A DNA stretch of 61,523 nucleotides from an uncultured Desulfobulbia bacterium (lineage in GTDB: Bacteria > Desulfobacterota > Desulfobulbia > Desulfobulbales > VMSU01), in the NCBI GenBank assembly GCA_964439085.1, contig CAYTNB010000002.1, positions 1 through 61,523 of the forward strand, in the 5' to 3' direction. The translations under genes and the position numbers were made by a program. Positions within the stretch are counted from its first letter, which is position 1; each line of letters opens with the position of its first letter. The notes beneath the pieces are model-generated. The model searched no databases, was not told the DNA's origin, and saw only the letters and a program-made list of their open reading frames with translations. Shown here piece by piece: positions 29,495 through 40,900 of the stretch.

Positions 29495-30370
29495 ATGCCA
29501 GAACCAGATAAAGAAGGAAAACAATTTCACCAGGATGTACCCATGAAGACCGAGGGGTTTTTTCTGAAGGGCTGTAATTCTCTGGATTGGGGAATGAAGA
29601 ACCGGCTTAGTCGGATTTTCAATCCCAAGAGCGGTCGGACTGTAATGCTTGCCGTCGACCACGGATATTTTCAGGGGCCTACCACTGGACTGGAACGTAT
29701 TGACCTGAACATAGTTCCCATTGCCCCATACGCCGATACCTTGATGCTGACCCGTGGAATTTTGCGGTCGTCAGTACCGCCTTCATATACCAAGGGCATA
29801 GTACTTAGAGCCAGTGGCGGGCCGAGTATCCTGAAAGAATTATCCAATGAACATCTAGCTGTCGACATGGAAGAGGCTATAAGGCTCAATGTAGCAGCTC
29901 TGGCTGTACAAGTATTTATTGGCGGCGAATATGAAACGCAGTCTGTCCACAATATGACCCGCCTGGTTGATAAAGGAACACGATACGGAATTCCGACGCT
30001 GGCGGTCACCGCTGTCGGCAAGGATATGAATCGTGATGCAAGATATTTCCGCTTGGCATGTCGTATGTGTGCGGAATTAGGGGCAAATTATATCAAGACC
30101 TATTATATCCCCAAAGGGTTTGATACCGTTGCGGCCAGCTGTCCAGTGCCTGTAGTCATGGCAGGCGGCAAGAAAATTCCGGAAAAAGATGCGCTAACGA
30201 TGGCCTATAGAGCCGTACAAGAAGGGGCCGCCGGAGTGGACATGGGCCGTAATATTTTTCAGTCCGAATACCCGGCGGCAATGATTCAGGCCGTAGGTAA
30301 GGTTGTCCATGAAGACATGCCGCCTAATGAGGCATATCAGTTTTATTTGGAGCTCAGCAAGGGGAGTTGA
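29495..30370 (+). CDS. lsrF: LsrF-family thiolase/aldolase
   Basis: [56 protein letters not shown]. Confidence 0.92.
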   Translation: MPEPDKEGKQFHQDVPMKTEGFFLKGCNSLDWGMKNRLSRIFNPKSGRTVMLAVDHGYFQGPTTGLERIDLNIVPIAPYADTLMLTRGILRSSVPPSYTKGIVLRASGGPSILKELSNEHLAVDMEEAIRLNVAALAVQVFIGGEYETQSVHNMTRLVDKGTRYGIPTLAVTAVGKDMNRDARYFRLACRMCAELGANYIKTYYIPKGFDTVAASCPVPVVMAGGKKIPEKDALTMAYRAVQEGAAGVDMGRNIFQSEYPAAMIQAVGKVVHEDMPPNEAYQFYLELSKGS

Positions 30371-30422
30371 GTGGACAAAGGAGGAGGCGGAAGGGGAACA
30401 ACCTTGTGCCTTCCAGCTAAAT

Positions 30423-31385
30423 TCAACTCAAAAGAAAAATATAGGCGGCATAGGCGGTCAAAAGCAATATACCGTGAAGGCGGGTGACGGTATGAAGTTT
30501 CAACATAGAAATGGGAAGTATAACCAGGGTGAACACAGTCATGATCGGCAGGTCACGATATAAGGCCGTGTCAGGCATATTAAATGGCTTAATGGTACCA
30601 GTGCAACCCATAACCATCAGGAGGTTAAAAAGGTTGCTGCCCATGATATTACCTACCAGCATGTCCCCATTATGACGGCGAATAGCTGAGATACTGGAGG
30701 CCAATTCCGGTAGTGAAGTACCTACGGCAGCGACTGTTAGCCCTATAACAAGTTCAGACAGGCCAAAAAAACGGGCTATATCCACAGCGCCATTTATGAA
30801 ATATTTTGACCCAAACCACATGCATATAAGGCCGCCAATACAAAGGCTCACGATATAAAAGATTGAGGATTTAGACGCTGAGCCACGGGCCTTTGGAAAA
30901 TCAGGATGCTTGGCAGACTCCGCCCGACAGGCGAAAATAGTATAGCCAACCAGCAGAAACACGAAGATTATTCCCAAAAATCTTGGAAATACACCCAAAT
31001 AAGCCGATACAAGCAACGCGGCACAAGCCCCGGCTAACAGATAAACCACTCTGGAGAGTCGCTTAAAATTAACCACCAGGGGGTAGATGAGCGCCGAAAT
31101 AGCCAGAACCAGGCCAATATTCGCAATATTTGAGCCGATAATATTACCCAGCATGATATGCGGGTGCCCGTCCAAAGCAGCGGTTAGGCTGACAAATAGC
31201 TCTGGCATTGAGGTGCCAAAAGCCACCACCGTCAGTCCAATAAGTAATGAACTCATGCCCAATCGAGCAGCAAGTTTTACAGCCCCGGAGATTAAAAGAT
31301 CCCCACCTGCGACCAATACCGCCAGCCCACCGGCCAAGGCAAGAAAAGCCACGCCGAGAGAAGAAAAATTAGCAACAGATTGCAC
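30423..31385 (-). CDS. Ca2+/Na+ antiporter (YrbG family)
   Basis: Two alpha repeats GTSMPE / GTSLPE, GNIIGSNIANI. Confidence 0.92.
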   Translation of the reverse strand: MQSVANFSSLGVAFLALAGGLAVLVAGGDLLISGAVKLAARLGMSSLLIGLTVVAFGTSMPELFVSLTAALDGHPHIMLGNIIGSNIANIGLVLAISALIYPLVVNFKRLSRVVYLLAGACAALLVSAYLGVFPRFLGIIFVFLLVGYTIFACRAESAKHPDFPKARGSASKSSIFYIVSLCIGGLICMWFGSKYFINGAVDIARFFGLSELVIGLTVAAVGTSLPELASSISAIRRHNGDMLVGNIMGSNLFNLLMVMGCTGTIKPFNMPDTALYRDLPIMTVFTLVILPISMLKLHTVTRLHGILLLTAYAAYIFLLS

Positions 31386-31408
31386 TTCAATTCACCATTA
31401 AAAAAATT

Positions 31409-33211
31409 ATGACCTTTTATGACGAAGATACTGTCCAGGCCGTTAAGGATGCGGCCGATATTGTAGAGATAGTCGGAGAAGTTGTTAGTCTAAAGAAAAC
31501 CGGGGTTAATTACAAGGGACTTTGTCCATTTCATTCCGAAAAAACTCCTTCTTTTACTGTCAATCCGGCTCGACAATATTTCCATTGTTTTGGCTGTTCA
31601 GAGGGCGGCAATGCCCTGACCTTCGTAATGAAGAGCCAGAACATGACCTTTGTTGAAGCCATTAAGCACCTTGCCGGGCGATATAATATTATTTTACCTG
31701 AAAGGGTTTTGTCATCCAAAGAGCAGGAAAAATCTCGCAAAAAAGAGATCATTTACGAAATTAACCGCTTGGCCGCTAAGAGTTTCCATGAGTTCCTGCT
31801 TAATTCACCAAAAGCGGCTCAGGCCCGACAATACATAAGAAAAAGAGCTATTCCCGATGAGATTGTTAAAGACTTCGAGTTGGGCTACGCACCGGAAGGC
31901 TGGGATTTTGTAAAGCGAGCTCTGCGAGACTTTAGCGAAGAGGACATTCTGCAGGCAGGCTTGGTGGTTCAGGGGCAGCGTGGTACATATGACCGTTTTC
32001 GTGATCGTATTGTCTCTCCCATATTCAGCCACAATGGCAAGCATATTGGTTTCAGCGGTCGTATTTTAGGGGAAGGACAGCCCAAATATCTTAATACTCA
32101 AGATTCACTTGTCTTTAATAAAAGCAACGTACTTCTGGGTCTGTATCAAAATAAGGCGGCGATACGAGCCGCCAGAAAATGCCTGTTGGTGGAGGGTAAT
32201 TTTGACCTCCTGGCCCTGGCCTCACAGGGAATAAGAAATGTGGCGGCCCCTATGGGCACGGCCATGACCGCCCAGCATGTTCGAGGCCTAAAGGGATATA
32301 TAGAAGAGGCGATCCTTCTGTTTGACGGTGACCAAGCGGGCGTCAAGGCGACCATGCGAGCGGTTCCCTTATTCTTAAGTGCTCGTCTTGACGCAAAGGT
32401 TGTTGTCTTACCACCAGAACATGACCCCGACACCTTTGTGAGGAAATATGGCGCAGAGGGACTGGAAAAGAAAGTGCGGACAGCCGCTACTCTGCCAGAT
32501 TTTATCTTTGAGCATTTGGAAAACAAGTATGGCCTATCCCTTGAGGGGAAAGGCCGGATTATTGAAGACTTAAAACCGGTTATCAGTGCTATTTCAGATG
32601 ATTCCTTGCAACGTACCCTTTTTGTCTCTCATTTCAGCCAGAAATTGGGGCTTCTTCCAGAACAACTCATGGGTCAATTTTCAAAGCCGGCCCCAAGGCC
32701 TCGGCCCAAACAAAGCAGACCGCCTTGGGAGGAAGAAACTGAGGAGACAGAAGGAAATAAAAAATCAAATATCAGTCAGAAATTTTATCTCACCAAAGTA
32801 GAAAGGCAATTATTAGAATTTTTGATTGTTTATCCAGAGTATCTCAATAGGCTGGTCGATGCGGGTATTGATAAAGCGGTCAATAGTCCATCGGGACAAA
32901 TAATCCTGGCCCAGATTCAAAAAATGAATGAGGAGAACCTTGGAGGGCCAGAGCGACTCATGGATCTAGTGCAAGGCCCAGAGAGAATATTTGTTTCGGA
33001 GCAGTTAATCTCTGCGCCTTCCTCCAAAGAAAAGGATATTGAGGAGGAAGCAGTAGAAAAAATTCGATGGCTAAATGAAAATAACTTGCGCTGTCAGATG
33101 AAAGAACTTACCGCCCAAATTAATGAGGCTCAGAGACTAGGAGACGAAGAATTATTGATGACTTTATTGAACTCAAAAAATGAAATACCTAAAAAAATGC
33201 AAGAAAAATAA
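31409..33211 (+). CDS. dnaG: DNA primase
   Basis: CPFHSEKTPSF, CFGC, PKYLN, VEGNFD, FDGDQAG, DPD. Confidence 0.97.
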   Translation: MTFYDEDTVQAVKDAADIVEIVGEVVSLKKTGVNYKGLCPFHSEKTPSFTVNPARQYFHCFGCSEGGNALTFVMKSQNMTFVEAIKHLAGRYNIILPERVLSSKEQEKSRKKEIIYEINRLAAKSFHEFLLNSPKAAQARQYIRKRAIPDEIVKDFELGYAPEGWDFVKRALRDFSEEDILQAGLVVQGQRGTYDRFRDRIVSPIFSHNGKHIGFSGRILGEGQPKYLNTQDSLVFNKSNVLLGLYQNKAAIRAARKCLLVEGNFDLLALASQGIRNVAAPMGTAMTAQHVRGLKGYIEEAILLFDGDQAGVKATMRAVPLFLSARLDAKVVVLPPEHDPDTFVRKYGAEGLEKKVRTAATLPDFIFEHLENKYGLSLEGKGRIIEDLKPVISAISDDSLQRTLFVSHFSQKLGLLPEQLMGQFSKPAPRPRPKQSRPPWEEETEETEGNKKSNISQKFYLTKVERQLLEFLIVYPEYLNRLVDAGIDKAVNSPSGQIILAQIQKMNEENLGGPERLMDLVQGPERIFVSEQLISAPSSKEKDIEEEAVEKIRWLNENNLRCQMKELTAQINEAQRLGDEELLMTLLNSKNEIPKKMQEK

Positions 33212-33340
33212 TTATTTACTAGTAAAATTCTTATAAATTGAATATTTATTTACTGCACAAATCAAGATAATTATTCTCAGGCGTCCTCCTGGAGATTTCG
33301 AGGTTTCATCTTTCTTTTAAATAGTGTTTTTTGTTAAACG

Positions 33341-34915
33341 ATGACGGCTAAAAAGAAAAAAATACCTAAAAAATCCACCCGTATAACAACATCCTCTTCT
33401 GAACTGATACAGGATTCATTGTCTCATGATGAGTCTACTCCAGATGACCTGATGACGATGTTTGATCAAGATCAGGACGAGGTATTCACAAAGTCAAATA
33501 ACAGGAAAAAGGTTATTGGTGCTTGTGGCAGTGACAGCAGCGATGCCATTGGCAGTAAAATTTGCGAGAATCTGGATCCAGTCAAAACATATTTACGGGA
33601 AATGGGGGCAGCCAGCCTCCTTTCTTCAGCAGAAGAGACCAAAATTTCCCAACAAATAGAGCTTGGCGACAAGCATCTCCAAAACATTTTTTTGTCCTTA
33701 CCCACAGCCGTACAGTTTTTGACTCAATTACGAGATAAATTGCAGAGTGGTCGTTTGCCTGTAACCAAGCTCATCAGGGGGCTTGACGAAACAGATTTAG
33801 ACAGTCTACAACAAGCCAAAGAGGCTTTTATCTGGAAAGTTGCCGAAACCCAGCGGATCGAAAACGAACGGCAGGCCTTATATGCCGATTTACAGAGCCC
33901 GGATTTGGATAAGGACTCCGCCGTTCACCTGATGGTGCGTATAGAGCGCAACAGCCACGCCATCGCCGCCCTTTTTGATGAATTTCGCTTAAAGAACAGG
34001 CACTTAAACAGTATGTGCGATAAACTAAAATCTTTGCACGAGAAGATGACTATGGCCCAAGCAGCTATAGAAGATGGAACCTCAAAGCATGCAGCCAATT
34101 TTTTAAAAGATTTGGAATCTGATAGTGGAATGGATTTTGAGACTGCAAACCAGGCCTATATTGCCCAATGTCAAGCTGAAGCCTTTGGCGGCACAGCGAA
34201 GAAACGCTTGATTCAGGCAAACCTCCGGCTGGTGGTAAATGTTGCGAAGAAATACGCCAATCGAGGCATGCAACTTCTTGATCTGATTCAGGAAGGTAAT
34301 ATTGGTTTAATGAAGGCCGTGGATAAGTTCGAGTATAGACGCGGCTATAAATTCAGTACTTACGCTACCTGGTGGATTCGACAGGCCATTAATCGGGCCA
34401 TTGCCGATCAGGGCAGAACTATTCGTATTCCGGTGCATATGATTGACACCATTAATCGGCTGCGGAAGGATGCCAAGGATTTTTCCAGAGAATTTGGCCG
34501 TGAACCGAATTCTGAAGAAATGGCTGAGAGAACCGGTATCGACGTTGGCAAGGTCAAGAGTATTTTAAAGGTCTCCATGGAACCAATGTCTCTCGATGCG
34601 CCAATTGGTGACGGCGAGGATTCGTTTCTGGCAGATTTTATCGAAGACGTAAATTCAGAGGCCCCCGACGAAGCAACAATCAAAAAAAGTTTACGAAATA
34701 ATTTGGAAAAGGTATTGTCGACTCTTTCCGCCAGAGAGGAGCGGGTATTGCGTATGCGCTTTGGCATTGATACCGCCGTTGATTTAACCCTTGAAGAAGT
34801 TGGCCGTAATTTTGCGGTTACTCGTGAACGTATTAGGCAAATTGAGGCCAAAGCCCTGAAGAAATTGAAGCATCCATCACGTAAAAATCAACTTTCCAGT
34901 TTCATGATAGATTAA
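33341..34915 (+). CDS. rpoD: RNA polymerase sigma-70 factor RpoD
   Basis: [45 protein letters not shown]; follows dnaG. Confidence 0.92.
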   Translation: MTAKKKKIPKKSTRITTSSSELIQDSLSHDESTPDDLMTMFDQDQDEVFTKSNNRKKVIGACGSDSSDAIGSKICENLDPVKTYLREMGAASLLSSAEETKISQQIELGDKHLQNIFLSLPTAVQFLTQLRDKLQSGRLPVTKLIRGLDETDLDSLQQAKEAFIWKVAETQRIENERQALYADLQSPDLDKDSAVHLMVRIERNSHAIAALFDEFRLKNRHLNSMCDKLKSLHEKMTMAQAAIEDGTSKHAANFLKDLESDSGMDFETANQAYIAQCQAEAFGGTAKKRLIQANLRLVVNVAKKYANRGMQLLDLIQEGNIGLMKAVDKFEYRRGYKFSTYATWWIRQAINRAIADQGRTIRIPVHMIDTINRLRKDAKDFSREFGREPNSEEMAERTGIDVGKVKSILKVSMEPMSLDAPIGDGEDSFLADFIEDVNSEAPDEATIKKSLRNNLEKVLSTLSAREERVLRMRFGIDTAVDLTLEEVGRNFAVTRERIRQIEAKALKKLKHPSRKNQLSSFMID

Positions 34916-35039
34916 TTAAGTTGCAAAAAAAAGGTTGACCGCTGATTATCCCTTCCTTTATAGTCCATCTCTAATTTTCCCCCATCGTTTTTTATTACCT
35001 AATTAATGAGTACGTTGACAAGCTCAGTGTATTATTATA

Positions 35040-35115
35040 CTAACACACCACGAGGGGGTATAAATACCTTATAAATTATTTTCTAAAAAACACGAAAACA
35101 ATCTGTAAGGTACTA
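35040..35115 (-). repeat. Family B short form B4 lacking both micro-modules
   Basis: ctaacacaccacgagggggtataaataccttataaattattttctaaaaaacacgaaaacaatctgtaaggtacta. Confidence 0.88.
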
Positions 35116-35230
35116 AAGATGAACCGATAAAACGCCCCTAAAGCAATGAAAGAGGGCCAGGCTGAGGGAAACATTTTTCCCAATACATTTAAATTAACCC
35201 CGCGATTCCGGGTTACAAATAATAGTTGGT

Positions 35231-36361
35231 ATGGATACTATGGATCCTCTTCGGGACTGGCTTACCCTGCATCTGGTTCCCGGACTTGGCTCGGTGGGTT
35301 GTCGGGCATTGATTGATGAATTTAAGGAGCCGGCTAAGGTGCTGAACGCTAGCCCAAGGGTTTTATCCCAGGTTCCCGGTATTCGGCCCGGGGTTATAGA
35401 TATAATTTCTTCCCATCCCCCTTATAAAGAGGCAGAAGAGGAGCTTGTACGGGCCAGTAAGGGAAAGGTTACAATTTTAAGCTGGGATAATCCAGCTTAT
35501 CCAAAAGCCTTGCGCAGCATTTACAATCCTCCAATGCTTTTGTTCGTCAAAGGAGATGCCTCACAGCTTAACAGACCGGCACTTGCCGTAGTCGGCTCCA
35601 GGGCCGCCACCAGTTATGGACTAAAAATTGCCCGGCGGTTAGGCAGAGAGCTAGCGGGGCACGGCTTAACGGTGGTTAGCGGTCTGGCACTGGGAATTGA
35701 TGCAGCCGCCCACGCCGGAGCCTTGGAGACACAAGGTTCAACCGTGGCCGTTCTGGGGTGTGGAGTTGATGTGCCCTACCCCAGACGCAATATGGCTCTA
35801 GCAGGTAAAATAGCTGCCAACGGCGCAGTTATAAGCGAATATCCCCTGGGAACACAGCCCGAGGCCTTCAGATTCCCGGCCCGAAATCGTATTATCAGTG
35901 GCCTGGCACTTGGAGTTATAGTAGTAGAAGCCGCCGCCCGTTCTGGCTCACTGATTACAGCCCGTCTTGCCGTGGAGGAGGGGCGGGAGGTCTTTGCCGT
36001 CCCGGGGCGAGTGGATTCCAGTAAGAGTGCCGGAGCGCATAAACTCTTGCAGGATGGCGCCAAACTGGTGTATCGAGTAGAAGACATATTTGAGGAATTA
36101 TCAATACCGCTGGCCTCCTTTGCCGCTACGAATAGTGATGAGTCTACCAAAAGGCCTGATGATCTGATTTCAAAGGTTCTAAGCCTGGAAGAGTCAAAAA
36201 TTATGACTGTTCTCGATGAATATCCTCAGAATATTGAAATAATTATCGATAAGGCTGGAATTAGTGCCCAGAAGGTCAACGAGGCTCTACTATTATTAGA
36301 GTTGCAAGGACAGGTTGAGTCGTTACCGGGACAGCAATATAGGGCAAAAACAAAGCTTTAG
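35231..36361 (+). CDS. dprA: DNA processing protein DprA
   Basis: AVVGSR, VSGLALGIDAAAH, FPARNRIISG, SGSLITA, VFAVPG. Confidence 0.96.
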   Translation: MDTMDPLRDWLTLHLVPGLGSVGCRALIDEFKEPAKVLNASPRVLSQVPGIRPGVIDIISSHPPYKEAEEELVRASKGKVTILSWDNPAYPKALRSIYNPPMLLFVKGDASQLNRPALAVVGSRAATSYGLKIARRLGRELAGHGLTVVSGLALGIDAAAHAGALETQGSTVAVLGCGVDVPYPRRNMALAGKIAANGAVISEYPLGTQPEAFRFPARNRIISGLALGVIVVEAAARSGSLITARLAVEEGREVFAVPGRVDSSKSAGAHKLLQDGAKLVYRVEDIFEELSIPLASFAATNSDESTKRPDDLISKVLSLEESKIMTVLDEYPQNIEIIIDKAGISAQKVNEALLLLELQGQVESLPGQQYRAKTKL

Positions 36362-36380
36362 TTCTGGCAGGTTAAATATT

Positions 36381-36613
36381 GGTGGATCGTAAAAAGTACC
36401 CAAAAGGGGTATAGCAATCAGATCGACTGCGTTGTAGCAATTTTTTAGGCACGACCTCCACATGTATGGCCTCACGCACGAAAAATCACTACGCCTCGGA
36501 GTCTCACTTCGTTTGCTTACCTGGAGTCTCACTCCGTCTGCGTACCTGTATATCAAACTTTTCGCAGTCTACGCTTAGCGACCTAGCCATCCCGAGATTT
36601 TTACGAGCACATC
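36381..36613. mobile_element. Family A copy A6 with tandem micro-modules
   Basis: ggtggatcgtaaaaagtacc ... tttttacgagcacatc. Confidence 0.88.
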
Positions 36614-36656
36614 AAGAATTAACCAAAATTTAATTTAAAGAGGTTTTAAAGAAGTT

Positions 36657-38918
36657 ATGGCAAAGGCATTAATTATTGTGGAATCACCAGCTAAATCACG
36701 GACATTACAGCGCTATCTCGGTAAGGATTTTGTGGTTAAGGCATCCGTGGGCCATATTCGTGATTTACCGGTCAAAACCCTGGGAGTTGATGTTGAGAAT
36801 AATTTTGCTCCTCAATATGAAACTATTCGCGGCAAGGGCAACATTATTACCGACCTGCGTAAAGCGGCCAAGACCGTCGATAAAATATACCTGGCACCAG
36901 ATCCTGACCGTGAGGGTGAAGCCATTGCCTATCATATCGGTGAGAGTTTAAAATCCACCAAAAAGCCATTCTTTCGGGTTCTCTTTCACGAGCTGACAAA
37001 AAAGGCAATTTTAAAGGCAATTGAGGAGGCTTCCAGTATTAATCAGCGTCTCTTTGAAGCCCAGCAAACTAGACGTATCCTGGATAGACTAGTGGGGTAT
37101 CAAATTTCACCGCTACTTTGGGATAAGGTGCGGCGCGGCTTAAGCGCCGGGCGAGTACAATCAGTGGCGGTACGTATGGTCTGTGAGCGGGAGGAGGAAA
37201 TTTGCGCCTTTACCCCGGAGGAATATTGGAGCTTCCGCACTGATTTGGAAGGTAAGATACCACCACCATTTGAGGCTCAGCTAGATAAAATTTCCGGCAA
37301 GAAAGCCAAGATAGACAACAGGGCTGAAGCCGACAAAATTACGGAGGAATTAAGAGCCGCCGCTTACACCATTTCCAAAATAGACAAAAAACAGAAAAAA
37401 CGAAATTCAGCCCCACCGTTTATAACCAGCTCCATGCAGATTGATGCAAACCGCAAACTACGATTTTCCGCCAAACGCTCCATGATGCTGGCCCAAAAGC
37501 TATATGAAGGCCTTGACGTTGGCGGTGATGGCCCAACAGGCTTAATCACCTATATGAGGACAGACTCGATTCGCATCAATGATGATGCCCTGGCTGAGGT
37601 CAGGAGCTTTATTGGTAATAATTACGGGCCTGATTTTCTACCAGCAAAACCAAATACCTATAAGACAAAGAAGTCAGCTCAGGATGCCCATGAGGCAATT
37701 CGTCCCACCAATGTAGAATTAACCCCGGAAAAACTGACCGCTCACTTAGATAAGGATATGTTGCGACTTTATACCTTGATCTGGAAGAGATTTGTGGCCA
37801 GTCAGATGGCCCCGGCCATTTATGACCAAACCACAATTTTAATTACAGCCGGGAAATATCAATTAAAGGCAGTTGGCTCCATTATCCGCTTTCAGGGCTT
37901 TATGTCATTATATACCGAAGCTGTTGCTGGCTCAACGGACGACAAAAAGGAGAAGAAGGAAGATAAAATTCTCCCCAATCTGGAAAGCGGGGCTCTGCTG
38001 AAGCTACTGAAAATTGAGCAGGGCCAACATTTTACCCAGCCACCACCCCGCTATACAGAGGCCTCGCTGGTTAAGGCCCTGGAAGACAATGGCGTTGGTC
38101 GACCAAGTACGTATGCCGCCATCATCTCGACCATCCAGGAAAAAGAATATGTTCGGATGGATCAACGCAAGTTCTTTCCAACAGAACTCGGTATTCTGAT
38201 TAACGGCTTGTTGTTGGAACATTTCCCGGCCATTATGAATGTTGAGTTTACTGCCGAGATGGAGCAAAATCTCGATAAGATTGAGGAAGGCAAGGTCAAT
38301 TGGCTAAAAATTCTACAGGATTTTTATGGGCCATTTAATGACGCCCTGCAACTGGCCAAAAAGGAAATGAAATCGGTAAAGAGCAGTATTACACCCACCG
38401 ATATACCCTGTGAAAGTTGTGAGGGTAAAATGGTAATCAGATGGGGGAGAAATGGTGAATTTCTGGCCTGCGAAAATTACCCGGATTGCCGCCACACCCT
38501 CGATTTCAAGCGGGAGGCAGATGGTAAAGTTGTGCCAGTTGCCAGAGAAGAGCCTAAAGAGACAAACGAGGTTTGCGAGAAGTGCGGAAAGCCCATGGTC
38601 TATAAACGGGGGAAATTTGGTCAGTTTCTAGCCTGCTCCGGCTATCCAGATTGTAAAAATATCAAGGCAGAGGGTACTGGGGTAAAATGCCAGGAAGCGG
38701 AATGTGACGGTGAGTTAGTAAAAAAAATATCCAAAAGAGGTAAGGTCTTTTACGCCTGCAATAAATATCCAAAATGCACTTTTGCCCTCTGGGATAAACC
38801 AATACCAGAGGCATGCCCGGATTGCGGTGCCACTTACCTGGTAGAAAAAACAACCAAGAAATCCGGAACCAGACTGCAATGCGCCGATAAGCAATGCGGC
38901 TATGTAAAGCTGGAGTAA
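36657..38918 (+). CDS. topA: DNA topoisomerase I
   Basis: IVESPAK, DPDREGE, SAGRVQS, ITYMRTDS, C-terminal Zn ribbons. Confidence 0.98.
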   Translation: MAKALIIVESPAKSRTLQRYLGKDFVVKASVGHIRDLPVKTLGVDVENNFAPQYETIRGKGNIITDLRKAAKTVDKIYLAPDPDREGEAIAYHIGESLKSTKKPFFRVLFHELTKKAILKAIEEASSINQRLFEAQQTRRILDRLVGYQISPLLWDKVRRGLSAGRVQSVAVRMVCEREEEICAFTPEEYWSFRTDLEGKIPPPFEAQLDKISGKKAKIDNRAEADKITEELRAAAYTISKIDKKQKKRNSAPPFITSSMQIDANRKLRFSAKRSMMLAQKLYEGLDVGGDGPTGLITYMRTDSIRINDDALAEVRSFIGNNYGPDFLPAKPNTYKTKKSAQDAHEAIRPTNVELTPEKLTAHLDKDMLRLYTLIWKRFVASQMAPAIYDQTTILITAGKYQLKAVGSIIRFQGFMSLYTEAVAGSTDDKKEKKEDKILPNLESGALLKLLKIEQGQHFTQPPPRYTEASLVKALEDNGVGRPSTYAAIISTIQEKEYVRMDQRKFFPTELGILINGLLLEHFPAIMNVEFTAEMEQNLDKIEEGKVNWLKILQDFYGPFNDALQLAKKEMKSVKSSITPTDIPCESCEGKMVIRWGRNGEFLACENYPDCRHTLDFKREADGKVVPVAREEPKETNEVCEKCGKPMVYKRGKFGQFLACSGYPDCKNIKAEGTGVKCQEAECDGELVKKISKRGKVFYACNKYPKCTFALWDKPIPEACPDCGATYLVEKTTKKSGTRLQCADKQCGYVKLE

Positions 38919-39046
38919 GGGAAAGCTGATTGCATTTAAATCTTGTCTGCGCTAAAGAAGATGCTTAGAATCATAAATGTGGCTGTGATGACTTGAAAAT
39001 AACCTTCGTCGTATAACAGCGAAACCACTACCTGACAGGTGCTCTT

Positions 39047-39406
39047 ATGATTTCTGGAATTTACTCAGGCCTTTCGGCCCTGAACGCTATTCAGACCAAG
39101 ACCAATTCCATCGCCAATAATACCGCTAACGTCAACACGGATGGCTTTAAGAAAACCAGAGTTACTTTAAATGAAGGGACACCTGATAAAGCAGGCGTGA
39201 CTGCCCATGTACAGAGAATTGAAACTCCCGGCCCCAAAGTTTATGAACAGACTCAAAAAGGTGAGGCATTGGTTGAGAAATCTAATGTTGATCTAACTGA
39301 AGAGTTGCCGCAGATGATGATTAGCCGCCGTAATTTTCAGGCCAATATCAAGTCTATCCAAATCCAAGATGAAATGCTGGGTAGCTTACTGGATATCAAA
39401 GGATAA
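39047..39406 (+). CDS. Small flagellar rod/hook-like protein (N- and C-terminal axial motifs only)
   Basis: IANNTANVNTDGFKK and SNVDLTEEL..MMISRRNFQANIKSI. Confidence 0.8.
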   Translation: MISGIYSGLSALNAIQTKTNSIANNTANVNTDGFKKTRVTLNEGTPDKAGVTAHVQRIETPGPKVYEQTQKGEALVEKSNVDLTEELPQMMISRRNFQANIKSIQIQDEMLGSLLDIKG

Positions 39407-39443
39407 ATATACACCGCCCTCCCCTGCTTTCCAGACCCCACAG

Positions 39444-39470
39444 CCACAAGGGGGTAAATACCTTATAAAT
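39444..39470 (-). repeat. Family B fragment, module-free
   Basis: ccacaagggggtaaataccttataaat. Confidence 0.6.
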
Positions 39471-39561
39471 GAGTCTGTTGATTTAGTCGGATTTTTTGTC
39501 AAGATCGAGGCATACGCAAAAAATAACCGGACACTGCGGACTTTTAAGGCCATCACAATTG

Positions 39562-40836
39562 TTACAGGTCGTTATACACAATTCGACCATCCACAAGAGT
39601 CAGCACCGCTTTCCCTTTGAACTGCCAGCCGATAAAGGGTGTGTTATGGCTCTTGGAAACGATCATCTCTCGGGTGTAGGTAAATTCGAGGAGTGGATCA
39701 ATTACAGTGATATCCGCCAAGCCTCCATCTAGCAACGAGCCACCCTCTACGCCAATGATTATAGCCGGGTTGCTGGACAATAATTCCACCAGCCTGTTTT
39801 CATCAATAATCCCCTCTTCTACTAAACGTAACGCCAGCGGCACCGCCGTTTCCAAACCGATTATGCCATTGGCTGCCGAACTGAACTCGACCTCCTTTTC
39901 TTGAGCACTGTGCGGAGCATGGTCGGTGGCAATAGCGTCCAAAGTACCGTCTCGCAGTCCTTCCTTGATCGCAGCCACATCATCTGCAGTACGGAGTGGC
40001 GGGTTCATTTTAGCCGAAGTATCGTAAAGACCGATGGCATCCTCGGTAAGGGAAAAATAATGGGGGGCAGTTTCAGCGGTTACTAAACAACCTTTAGCCT
40101 TGGCCCTTCTAATCAAATCCACCGATTCTCTGGTGCTGATATGAGCTAGGTGGAGACGTTGACCAGTATATGCGGCCAGCGATAAATCGCGATAGACCAT
40201 AATCTCTTCAGCGGCTCTCGGTATCCCTCGCAGCCCCAAACGGGTTGCCAGGGGGCCTTCATTCATTGCCCCATCTTTACTCAGGGCCATTTCCTCAGAG
40301 TGAGAAATGATTGGCTTCCCGTAATTACTGGCGTAATCCAAGGCCTGCCGCATGAGCTGACTATCTGTAACCGGATGGCCGTCATCGGAAAAACCCACCG
40401 CACCAGCCTTTTGCATTTCGCCAAATTCGGCAATTTCCTTCCCCCTACTACCCTTGCTGATGGCCCCTACCGGGTACACCTTCGCCAATTTCGCTTTACG
40501 AGCCTTGCCCAAAACAAAATCAATACCCTGCTCAGAGTCAATGGTTGGCGTGGTATTAGGCATACAGGTTAGGGCCGTAAAGCCCCCGGCAACGGCGGCG
40601 GCACTACCAGTGGCAACAGTTTCCTTATATTCCTCGCCTGGTTCCCGCAAATGAACGTGGAGGTCAATAAAACCAGGCATGAGCCACTTGCCAGTCACAT
40701 CAATTTCCTGAACATCAGAGGGAAGATCAACGGCAGCATAACAACGCCCCCGCCTGATTAACAAGTCACCAATGTGGTCAATATTGTTGACGGGATCAAG
40801 CAAACGACCATTTTTTAGTAAGATTGATTTGGACAT
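39562..40836 (-). CDS. pyrC: Dihydroorotase
   Basis: DLHVHLREPG, MPNT, KMNPPLR, ATDHAPH. Confidence 0.96.
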   Translation of the reverse strand: MSKSILLKNGRLLDPVNNIDHIGDLLIRRGRCYAAVDLPSDVQEIDVTGKWLMPGFIDLHVHLREPGEEYKETVATGSAAAVAGGFTALTCMPNTTPTIDSEQGIDFVLGKARKAKLAKVYPVGAISKGSRGKEIAEFGEMQKAGAVGFSDDGHPVTDSQLMRQALDYASNYGKPIISHSEEMALSKDGAMNEGPLATRLGLRGIPRAAEEIMVYRDLSLAAYTGQRLHLAHISTRESVDLIRRAKAKGCLVTAETAPHYFSLTEDAIGLYDTSAKMNPPLRTADDVAAIKEGLRDGTLDAIATDHAPHSAQEKEVEFSSAANGIIGLETAVPLALRLVEEGIIDENRLVELLSSNPAIIIGVEGGSLLDGGLADITVIDPLLEFTYTREMIVSKSHNTPFIGWQFKGKAVLTLVDGRIVYNDL

Positions 40837-40900
40837 ATCGATTAGTATTTTGGATTAGCCTCCGAATATGGGGACGTTAAGCATTTAAAACTACTTTTGG

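Noticed and set aside
34935-34995. tRNA remnant after rpoD
   Set aside because: Promoter-like hexamers present but no cloverleaf or T-loop.
38883-39046. sigma28 promoter for the flagellar-like gene
   Set aside because: GCCGATAA lies inside topA without a properly spaced TAAA.
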